Source of the DNA: Candidatus Dojkabacteria bacterium HGW-Dojkabacteria-1
Lineage (GTDB): Bacteria; Patescibacteriota; Dojkabacteria; SC72
Direction of reading: 5' to 3'
DNA: 64,000 nt
Assembly (NCBI GenBank): GCA_002840365.1
Contig: PHAO01000001.1
Coordinates: forward strand, 524,360 to 588,359
In this document: in pieces, positions 1 to 7,572 of the stretch
Numbering within the stretch: position 1 is the stretch's first letter
Layout of the letters: each line of letters opens with the position of its first letter
Notes under the pieces: generated by a model
What the model saw: only the letters and a program-made list of their open reading frames with translations
The model's database searches: none
Told to the model about the DNA's origin: nothing
Program-made: the position numbers and the translations under genes

Positions 1-592
1 CTTCACATCTACAGTATGGGATTCAAATCAAACCTCTATATCTGCTATCTCAAATGGTGCAAGGTCACCTGATATCTCATATGGAGGAACACCTCTTGCT
101 CTTGATGGTACTTTGTATTACTGGAGAATTAAATTTTGGGATCAAGCAGGTACAGAAAGTTCTTGGTCGTCAACGGCAACCTTTAGAATGTCTGCAAACC
201 CATATGCACCAATAGAGTTGAAAGTAGATGGTAGAACAAATCCACCATTAATAGACAGTGCAAGACCAACCTTTTACGCTACACATAGAGATGCAAACGA
301 AGACAATGCAATATTTGTTGAGATAAATGTAAACAGTAATGCTTCCTTCACAGGAACAATCAAATGGAATACAGGAAAAGTTAGCATAGACCCAGTAGTA
401 CATGGAGCAGAATATACTGTTACATATGGTGGAACACAACTCTTAGGAGACAGTACAACATATTACTGGAGGATAAGGTTCTGGGATGTAGATGACAATG
501 TAAGTCCATGGTCTGCAACTGCTTCCTTTGTAGATTTATTCAAATATACAAGAATGAATGGTATAGGTATGGATGGATTGCAAATAAACTAG
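1..592 (+). CDS. C-terminal fragment of a large repeat-containing surface protein with fibronectin-III-like modules. The gene continues upstream of the window.
   Basis: The frame is open from position 2 to the stop at 592. The repeated modules are '...YYWRIKFWD', 'KWNTGKVSIDP' and 'YYWRIRFWDVDDNVSPW'. The tracker's Met at 113 is a TTG inside the open frame. Confidence 0.5.
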   Translation, partial: FTSTVWDSNQTSISAISNGARSPDISYGGTPLALDGTLYYWRIKFWDQAGTESSWSSTATFRMSANPYAPIELKVDGRTNPPLIDSARPTFYATHRDANEDNAIFVEINVNSNASFTGTIKWNTGKVSIDPVVHGAEYTVTYGGTQLLGDSTTYYWRIRFWDVDDNVSPWSATASFVDLFKYTRMNGIGMDGLQIN

Positions 593-608
593 TAAAATAC
601 ACGCTACA

Positions 609-1340
609 ATGAGTTTAAAATTCGATTCAGCTAAAAAATTAAGAAAAGAGAAAACCAAACATAAGGTAGAATCTTGGGAAGAGTATGAACAAAGAGAAGA
701 ATCTTTTATTAAAGAAAGACTTCAAAGCAAAGAACCAACCATATCTGCACAAGTAAGAATTACTGGTGGTAAAGCTAAAAACTTTCATATCGACATACCA
801 AGAACAACAAGACCTCTAACTGATAGGATGAAAGTAAGAATATTTGATTTACTCAGAGAAGATGTAAACAAGAAAACCGTACTAGATCTTTACGCTGGAG
901 CCGGCTCTTTTGGTTTAGAAGCACTTTCAAGAGGAGCAAAAGAAGCAACTTTTGTAGATGCTTCTAAACAAGCCTTCCAAGTTATAAGTGCAAATGTTGC
1001 TCACACTGGATTTTTACCAACATCAACAGTTGTTAAATCAAAAGTAGAGGAATACCTTTTCAAAAAGATTAAGGAAGATATTACCTTCGATATCATATTC
1101 ATGGATCCCCCATACAAGCTCTACAACACAAAAAGAGTATTTAAAATGCAGGAAGTCGTAAACCATGCATCGTATCTTTTACCGGGAGTAAGAAATCCTG
1201 AAAGCAAGAAATTTAAAGGTGTGTTAATAATAAAACACCCAAGAAGATATCCCATTGATAACTTACTTCTTGAATATGTAAAAAGAGTAGAAACATTCGA
1301 ATTTGGATTAAATTCAATATCTTTCTTCATTGTTAAATAG
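609..1340 (+). CDS. rsmD: 16S rRNA (guanine966-N2)-methyltransferase RsmD-like, with a Lys/Glu-rich N-terminal extension
   Basis: The SAM-binding motif is 'VLDLYAGAGSFGLEALSRGA' and the catalytic motif is 'MDPPY'. Size and motif order fit the RsmD family. Confidence 0.7.
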   Translation: MSLKFDSAKKLRKEKTKHKVESWEEYEQREESFIKERLQSKEPTISAQVRITGGKAKNFHIDIPRTTRPLTDRMKVRIFDLLREDVNKKTVLDLYAGAGSFGLEALSRGAKEATFVDASKQAFQVISANVAHTGFLPTSTVVKSKVEEYLFKKIKEDITFDIIFMDPPYKLYNTKRVFKMQEVVNHASYLLPGVRNPESKKFKGVLIIKHPRRYPIDNLLLEYVKRVETFEFGLNSISFFIVK

Positions 1341-1509
1341 TTTTAATTGCATAATTAATAGAAAAAGCATAAAATACTACAGATGTACAAGAAATTTGGC
1401 ATTAACAAAACAGAACTCGTTAAAGTTGTTTACACAACATCCTTCTAATGATGTTTTTCTTTTCAAGGAATTTTCCCAAAATATTTTTTAATTCAGTATA
1501 TATATCGTT

Positions 1510-3267
1510 ATGAAACAAGAAGAAGTAAGTAATTTAGAGAAAATGAGACATTCAGCTTCCCACGTACTTGCACAGGCAGTACTAAAATTATATCCCGATG
1601 CCAAATTGGGTATAGGGCCAGCAATTGAAAATGGTTACTACTATGATTTTGAATTCGCAGAACCATTAGAAGAAGAAAATCTAAAAGAGATAGAAGAAGA
1701 GATGAAAAAGATAATAAAGAAGAAACTACCGATAACTCAAACCTTTATGAAGCGAAAAGACGCTATCAAATATCTCAAGGATATCGGACAAGAGTACAAA
1801 TTAGAACTCCTTGAAGAAATTCCTGATGAACAGGTAAGTTTCTTTGTAACTGGGGATAGTGAATTTGTAGATATGTGTAGAGGACCTCATGTAGAAGATA
1901 CTGGTGATGTAGGTCCAATAAAGTTACTAAAAACTGCAGGAGCATACTGGAGAGGTGATGAAACCAAGAAGATGTTAACTAGAATATATGGAACAGCCTT
2001 TGAAACAAAGGAAGAACTCAAGGAATATCTTGAACAACTTGAAGAAGCAGAGAAAAGGAATCATAGGAAATTAGGTAAGCAATTAAAATTGTTTGCAATA
2101 ATACCTGAGATAGGGCAAGGACTTCCTGTTTGGTTACCAAGAGGATATATGATAAGAAGAATTTTAGAAGAATATATGTTAGACCTTGAAAGAAAACATG
2201 GATATCAACATATATTAACTCCTCATATTCATAGGGGACATCTCTTTGAAACCTCTGGTCACCTTGGTTTTTACAAAGACTCAATGTACGCTCCAATAAA
2301 GGTAGAGGAAGATGATTACTATCTAAAACCTATGAACTGCCCTGCAGGTATGATGGTATATAAGCTTGAACCAAAAAGTTACAGAGATTTACCTTACAAA
2401 CTAGGAGAGTTTGGTACTGTATACAGATTTGAAAAATCTGGAGAATTACACGGCTTACAAAGAGTAAGAGGTTTTACTCAAAATGATGCACATCTCTTTT
2501 GTACTCATGAACAACTTGAGAGTGTGATAAATGAAACCTTAGATTTGCTTGATACCTTTTACAAAGATATTGGATTTAACAAGTACAGATTTAGACTTTC
2601 TCTTTCAGACACTGAAAAAAATCCAGATAAATATGCCGGAGATCCAGAAAAGTGGAAAATAGCAGAAGATACACTAAGAAAGGTATTAGTAGATAGGGGA
2701 TTAGAGTTCGAAGAAATGCCTGGAGATGCAGCCTTCTACGGACCTAAGATAGATATACAAGCTGTTAATGTATTCGGTAAAGAGGATTCCGTATCTACAA
2801 TACAACTGGACTTTAACCTTCCAGAAAAATTTGAAATTACATATATAGATTCTGATGGGGTAGAAAAACAACCATTTGTAATACACAGAGCATTGATTGG
2901 TTCTTTTGAAAGATTCTTTGCATTCCTGATAGAGCACCATGGTGGAGATTTTCCTCTTTGGTTAGCTCCAGATCAGGTAACTGTAGTTCCAATATCAGAG
3001 AAACATATAAAATATGCAAATGAAATTCTTCTTGCACTTAAGAATGCTGATATTAGAGCTGAAATTGATGACAGAAATAAGAGTATGCAAGCAAAGATTA
3101 GAGATGCAGAAAAACTTAAAGTTCCATACTTAGTAATAATTGGAGATAAAGAAATTGAGACTGAAACTGTATCTGTAAGATCAAGAACCAACAAACAAAT
3201 TGGATTGATGAAAAAACAGGAATTCATAGACTACCTTGAGGAAGAAATTAGAAACAAAGGTAGATAA
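1510..3267 (+). CDS. thrS: Threonyl-tRNA synthetase lacking the N-terminal TGS domain
   Basis: The N2/editing-domain motif is 'RHSASHVLAQAV..GPAIENGYYYDFE'. The class II motifs are 'HRKLGKQLKLF' and 'RVRGFTQNDAHLFC'. The anticodon-binding C-terminus is present. The gene sits in the conserved thrS-infC-rpmI-rplT context. Confidence 0.9.
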   Translation: MKQEEVSNLEKMRHSASHVLAQAVLKLYPDAKLGIGPAIENGYYYDFEFAEPLEEENLKEIEEEMKKIIKKKLPITQTFMKRKDAIKYLKDIGQEYKLELLEEIPDEQVSFFVTGDSEFVDMCRGPHVEDTGDVGPIKLLKTAGAYWRGDETKKMLTRIYGTAFETKEELKEYLEQLEEAEKRNHRKLGKQLKLFAIIPEIGQGLPVWLPRGYMIRRILEEYMLDLERKHGYQHILTPHIHRGHLFETSGHLGFYKDSMYAPIKVEEDDYYLKPMNCPAGMMVYKLEPKSYRDLPYKLGEFGTVYRFEKSGELHGLQRVRGFTQNDAHLFCTHEQLESVINETLDLLDTFYKDIGFNKYRFRLSLSDTEKNPDKYAGDPEKWKIAEDTLRKVLVDRGLEFEEMPGDAAFYGPKIDIQAVNVFGKEDSVSTIQLDFNLPEKFEITYIDSDGVEKQPFVIHRALIGSFERFFAFLIEHHGGDFPLWLAPDQVTVVPISEKHIKYANEILLALKNADIRAEIDDRNKSMQAKIRDAEKLKVPYLVIIGDKEIETETVSVRSRTNKQIGLMKKQEFIDYLEEEIRNKGR

Positions 3268-3294
3268 ATAAATTAATAAATATAAATATATTAA

Positions 3295-3882
3295 ATGGAT
3301 TTTAACAGCAACAAACCTAAGAAAGAATTAGAAACAAGAATAAATGAATGGATTAGAGTTCCAGAGGTATTGGTAATAGATCAGAAGGGTAACAATTTAG
3401 GTAAGATGAGTACCACAGAGGCTGTAAGACTAGCAAAAGAAGCAGAACTAGATTTAGTAGAGGTAGGTGCTACATCTCAACCTCCTGTTTGTAGAATTAT
3501 GGACTATTCAAAATATGTATACGAACAGAACAAAAAGATGAGAAAGAATAAGGCTGGTAAAGCAAAAGATCTTAAGGAATTTAGATTTAGCACAGTAATA
3601 GATGAAGGAGACAAAAACACAAGGATAAGAAGAGCTCATGAATTTTTACAAAAAGATCATCCTGTTAGAATCACAGTACAAAGAAAAGGTCGTCAGACAC
3701 GAGAACAAGCATTAGCAGTTTTCAATGATATATTGACGAATTTTACGGAATATAGTACTATAGAGCCCGAACCAAAGAGTGAAGGTAATAGAATTACAAT
3801 AACGTTTAAGAAAAATGGCACGTCAAAAAACAAACAAAACAGCAGTGAAGAGAATAAAGCTATCGAATCCCAAGGGGAATAG
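3295..3882 (+). CDS. infC: Translation initiation factor IF-3 with a C-terminal extension of about 20 aa
   Basis: The N-domain is 'INEWIRVPEVLVIDQKGNNLGKMSTTEAVRLAKEAELDLVEV..PPVCRIMDYSKYVYEQ', followed by a conserved C-domain. It is followed by rpmI and rplT. Confidence 0.9.
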   Translation: MDFNSNKPKKELETRINEWIRVPEVLVIDQKGNNLGKMSTTEAVRLAKEAELDLVEVGATSQPPVCRIMDYSKYVYEQNKKMRKNKAGKAKDLKEFRFSTVIDEGDKNTRIRRAHEFLQKDHPVRITVQRKGRQTREQALAVFNDILTNFTEYSTIEPEPKSEGNRITITFKKNGTSKNKQNSSEENKAIESQGE

Positions 3883-4030
3883 AAAAGCTAAAATGATGTA
3901 CAACCAGAGTCACCAAGGTCACTTAAAGACTAAAAGAGCTTCTAGTTCAAAAAGAAGGCAAAGTGACAAAAGATTAGTATATGCTCCAACTCAAAAGAAT
4001 CTTAAAAGAGTAGTTGTTAACTTAAAGTAG
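3815..4030 (+). CDS. rpmI: 50S ribosomal protein L35
   Basis: The ORF is small and very basic. Its start 'MARQKTNKTAVKRIKLSNPKG' matches the L35 pattern (MPKxKTxxxAxKRxK). It lies between infC and rplT. The start overlaps the infC 3' end by 68 nt in another frame. Confidence 0.7.
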   Translation: MARQKTNKTAVKRIKLSNPKGNRKAKMMYNQSHQGHLKTKRASSSKRRQSDKRLVYAPTQKNLKRVVVNLK

Positions 4031-4037
4031 TAAAATA

Positions 4038-4376
4038 ATGAGAGTCAAAGGTGGAACAGTAAGAAAAAGAAGACATAACAAGATTTTAGCCTTTACAAAA
4101 GGATATAGAATGACCAAGAGCAAGCTGTATAAGGTTGCTCACGAAGCATACATGCATGCTGGACAGTATTCATACAACGATAGAAGAAAGAGATCTGGAC
4201 AAATGAGAAATCTATGGATTCAGAAGATAAATGCAGCATGTAAGAACAATGAAATTCAATACAAGGATTTAATTGGAGGATTGAAGAAAAAGAATATTGA
4301 ATTAGATAGAAAAGTATTAGCTGATATCGCAGTAAATGACCCTCAGGTATTTTCCTTTATAGTGAAATCTCTCTAA
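4038..4376 (+). CDS. rplT: 50S ribosomal protein L20
   Basis: The matching segments are 'RVKGGTVRKRRHNKILAFTKGY', 'AGQYSYNDRRKRSGQMRNLWIQKINAA' and 'LADIAVNDPQVF'. The alignment runs end to end with L20. Confidence 0.9.
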   Translation: MRVKGGTVRKRRHNKILAFTKGYRMTKSKLYKVAHEAYMHAGQYSYNDRRKRSGQMRNLWIQKINAACKNNEIQYKDLIGGLKKKNIELDRKVLADIAVNDPQVFSFIVKSL

Positions 4377-5236
4377 GACTTCCTTCTAATCTTAAAGACT
4401 TCAGGAAGAAGACCTCCTTCGTTAACACAAAGAACACTTTCAATTTTCCAATTTTTGAATACTTTTCGTAACAAAGTTTTTTCCTGTGTTAAAAGAACAA
4501 GTACTCCTCTCTTACGAAGTAATTTCTCCGCAACTTTTTCTAATTCATAATATATTTTCTCATTTTTATCATGACTACCCACCCTTATACCAAAGGGCAA
4601 GTTACTAACAATTTTATCTATATTCCTTTTATTCAATTTTAATTCTGAGATGTCACTTTTAAATAATTTGTAACGCCTTGTGGGGATTCCGGCCTTTTGG
4701 AAATTAGACAAACTAGAATCTATTGCCTTTCCACTGATATCCGATGAAATAGATTTCTTTATATTGAAATATTTTATGCCCGTAATTGGTATAGTCGAAG
4801 ATCCACAGAATGGATCTAAAAGAATATCCTCGCTTTTTAAATCTGCAATCATACATAGTATATAAGCTAATGAAGGATTAATTCCTGCAGATACGAAATC
4901 CTTTCTCCAAGGTCTCCTTGAAAGATTTAAAATTCTCCCACTTGAATCCTCTATGTGGGTAGGAGACAGAAGATTTCTAAAAATCTCAATATTATTATCT
5001 TTATATTGAAATATCAGACTACCTTCTGAAACTTTTACAACTTTAGATTCAGGGTACTTACTCATCAAATCCCTTAGGACATAATCTTTAGTACCTGGCA
5101 AAAATTTAAGCGTATACATTGATAAATACATACTAGGATAGTATACTACATGAAAGATGCAAATACCAAAAGGTATAATTGTTAGACAACTTGACAAATA
5201 TGCCCATCTACTCAATCCGTATACTGGAGATATCAT
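4373..5236 (-). CDS. Class I SAM-dependent RNA methyltransferase, probably N2-guanine, of the UPF0020/Trm14/RlmL type with a short N-terminal domain
   Basis: Motif I is 'LLDPFCGSSTIPI' (DPxCGSGT-like) and motif IV is 'SNLPFG' (NPPY-like). The true start is probably the internal Met in 'MYTLKFL' near 5119, which would remove the divergent overlap with the rSAM gene. Confidence 0.55.
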   Translation of the reverse strand: MISPVYGLSRWAYLSSCLTIIPFGICIFHVVYYPSMYLSMYTLKFLPGTKDYVLRDLMSKYPESKVVKVSEGSLIFQYKDNNIEIFRNLLSPTHIEDSSGRILNLSRRPWRKDFVSAGINPSLAYILCMIADLKSEDILLDPFCGSSTIPITGIKYFNIKKSISSDISGKAIDSSLSNFQKAGIPTRRYKLFKSDISELKLNKRNIDKIVSNLPFGIRVGSHDKNEKIYYELEKVAEKLLRKRGVLVLLTQEKTLLRKVFKNWKIESVLCVNEGGLLPEVFKIRRKS

Positions 5237-6371
5237 TTCTCTTCACAAGTCAGATTTCAAATCTTTAGAGAATGTAAAGGAAAAGGAGATTGATTCGGAA
5301 ATTATACAAGCACTACATTTACCAAGAGATAAAAAAATCTGCTCAAGAAACTTCCGAGCTAAACTCGTTGATCTAGGCGCATCCTACAGATTCCCTACTA
5401 TTGTCAACATAGAAATTACAAGAAGATGTCTACTTGATTGTAAGCACTGCTATATTTCTTCTCAGGAACATACTTCAATAGAGATTAAAGGTGTTGAAAA
5501 TATGACACGAAAAGAAGTAGACAAACTTATGCGAGATTTACATAGGATGGGAGTATTTCTCGTAGTCTTAACAGGAGGGGAACCAATGATTTCCAGAAAT
5601 TTCTCTTATTTCCTTGAAGCAAGTAAAAAGTACAACATGATTGTAGAAATTTTTTCTTGTTTACAAATTTTACCAAAGTCTGTAATCACACAGGAAGAAA
5701 ATAATATTGGAAGATTTCAGGTCTCTATATATTCACTAAAAGGTAGCATACATGATTCCATAACAAATCGAAGAGGGTCTTTGGAAAATTCATTAAAAAA
5801 TATAAAGGTATTAAAAGAAAAGGGATTTTACATTGAAATTGCAACTCCACTAATGAATATAAATTACAAAGAAAGAAATAATATTAAAAAATACTTCAAG
5901 AAGATTGGTATTGCACAAGATTTTTCTTGGCCGATTTTCAATGAATACTATACGGAAAGAACAAACAAATCGGAATTAAATATTGCAAACAAAGAATTTC
6001 TACAATTCGTAAAAGAAAATCCTTCTTTTTTGTTCAAATGTTCATACACTAATCCAGAAAATTCTCCATGCGTAGCAGGAAATTCTGTTTTTTCTATTGC
6101 TGCAGACGGAAGTGTCTTCCCGTGTAGTCAATTTCCCATGCAAATAGGGAATATCTTTACAAAGGGGGAAAATATAAAAGAGATATATGATGGACCAAAT
6201 ATGGATAAAGTAAGGCGATACAGGGTAAAAGATATTAAGGAGAACACAGATATATATAACTTCTGTATGGGAAACAATTTTTCTGAAACAGGGGATCCCT
6301 TAAAACAACCTTTATTTATAAAGGATTCTATAAATTATTGTCTGAAAAATCTCAAAAGAAAGGAGGTATAA
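5157..6371 (+). CDS. Radical SAM protein with a C-terminal SPASM/twitch-like Cys-rich extension and an N-terminal extension of about 85 aa that could be an RRE. It is a putative peptide-modifying maturase.
   Basis: The CX3CX2C motif is 'RRCLLDCKHCY'. The glycine-rich SAM motif is 'VVLTGGEPM'. The C-terminal Cys cluster is 'KCSYTNPENSPCVAGNS..DGSVFPCSQFP..NFCMGN'. Confidence 0.7.
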   Translation: MQIPKGIIVRQLDKYAHLLNPYTGDIISLHKSDFKSLENVKEKEIDSEIIQALHLPRDKKICSRNFRAKLVDLGASYRFPTIVNIEITRRCLLDCKHCYISSQEHTSIEIKGVENMTRKEVDKLMRDLHRMGVFLVVLTGGEPMISRNFSYFLEASKKYNMIVEIFSCLQILPKSVITQEENNIGRFQVSIYSLKGSIHDSITNRRGSLENSLKNIKVLKEKGFYIEIATPLMNINYKERNNIKKYFKKIGIAQDFSWPIFNEYYTERTNKSELNIANKEFLQFVKENPSFLFKCSYTNPENSPCVAGNSVFSIAADGSVFPCSQFPMQIGNIFTKGENIKEIYDGPNMDKVRRYRVKDIKENTDIYNFCMGNNFSETGDPLKQPLFIKDSINYCLKNLKRKEV

Positions 6372-6373
6372 GT

Positions 6374-6451
6374 ATGATAAAAGCTGTACAAAAGAAATCT
6401 ACACAAGTCTATAATTGCACAAAATGTGCTTCAAGAAGTTCGCAGCACTAA
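6374..6451 (+). CDS. Candidate 25-aa Cys-containing precursor peptide (MIKAVQKKSTQVYNCTKCASRSSQH), hypothetical
   Basis: The ATG is 2 nt after the rSAM stop. AGGAGG lies at 6361-6366, which is 7 nt upstream of the ATG. The peptide has two Cys in a C-x-K-C arrangement. It falls below the ORF-track size cutoff. Confidence 0.3.
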   Translation: MIKAVQKKSTQVYNCTKCASRSSQH

Positions 6452-6550
6452 GTAGAGCATAGGATCCCCTGAATCTGCTTACTATCAATTTCCCTTACCC
6501 TAAAGGAAAAAATATTGTATACTTTCTTCATAAAATCATAAGATTAATAT

Positions 6551-7570
6551 ATGAATCTTTCCGAAATTCTTAAACAAATTGATGACGATATACATTCTCT
6601 TTCCCCACAGGAATTAAAAAATAAATACCTTGCAAAAAATGGTCTTTTACCAAATCTTTTTGAGAATATCAAGAATATGCCTGTAGAAGAAAGAAAGGAT
6701 TTCGGCAGTAAAGTAAACGAAATAAAGAAATTAATTGAGGAAAATATAGAGAACAGAAAAACTGTAATAGAAGATATGAAATATGAAGAGATAGACCCTT
6801 CTGCACCATTTGATATAAATACAAAGGTAGAAAAAAGACCAAGAATACTCGACCTTAAAGGATCTTCCCATCCCCTTATGCAAGAATTAGAAAATATCTT
6901 AGATATCTTTCAAAGAATGGGATTTGATGTAATGGAAAGTAAACAATTAGATGATGATTTTCATATGTTTGAAAGTTTGAATTTCCCTAAAGGACACCCT
7001 GCAAGAGATATGTATGATACCTTTTGGACAGAGGATGGCTTTGTCTTACCTGCACACACATCTACAATGCAAAATAGGGCATTAAGAAGATATGGCCCAC
7101 CACCAATAAGGGTGGTATTGCCTGGAAGATGTTTTAGAAATGAAGCTACAGATGCAAGCCATGAACATACTTTCTATCAAATTGAAGGTATTTACGTAGA
7201 CAAAGGAATTTCACTTGCACATATGCAAGGCACTATTAAAGAATACCTTGAAAGATATCTTGAAACTGATTTAGAGATAAAGGTACAACCTTCGTACTTT
7301 CCTTTCACTGAACCAGATACAGAGTTTGTAATTAGTTGCCCATTCTGTGAAAAAAAAGGTTGTAGTACATGTGGATACACAGGATGGATTGAATTAATGG
7401 GTTGTGGAATGATACATCCTAATGTTCTCATTGCAGGTGGAATTGATCCAAAAGAGTATTCTGGTTTTGCATGGGGTGTCGGATTGGATAGATTAACTCT
7501 AATTAAAAGAGGAATAAATGATATTCGAAAACTTAGAGATGGAGATCTTAATTTCTTGAAACAATTTTAA
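6551..7570 (+). CDS. pheS: Phenylalanyl-tRNA synthetase alpha subunit
   Basis: The class II motifs are 'FPFTEPDTEF' and 'GWIELMGCGMIHPNVL'. It is followed directly by pheT. Confidence 0.9.
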   Translation: MNLSEILKQIDDDIHSLSPQELKNKYLAKNGLLPNLFENIKNMPVEERKDFGSKVNEIKKLIEENIENRKTVIEDMKYEEIDPSAPFDINTKVEKRPRILDLKGSSHPLMQELENILDIFQRMGFDVMESKQLDDDFHMFESLNFPKGHPARDMYDTFWTEDGFVLPAHTSTMQNRALRRYGPPPIRVVLPGRCFRNEATDASHEHTFYQIEGIYVDKGISLAHMQGTIKEYLERYLETDLEIKVQPSYFPFTEPDTEFVISCPFCEKKGCSTCGYTGWIELMGCGMIHPNVLIAGGIDPKEYSGFAWGVGLDRLTLIKRGINDIRKLRDGDLNFLKQF

Positions 7571-7572
7571 AT

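Noticed and set aside
1341-1509. A 21-codon ORF (MYKKFGINKTELVKVVYTTSF) in the thrS leader as a leader peptide or attenuator
   Set aside because: There is no ribosome-binding site and no Thr-codon run. There is no evident terminator or antiterminator alternative pairing.
5157-5236. An 80-nt divergent overlap of the rSAM and methyltransferase starts
   Set aside because: It is most likely an artefact of choosing the longest ORF. An internal Met (MYTLKFL) gives a non-overlapping methyltransferase start.
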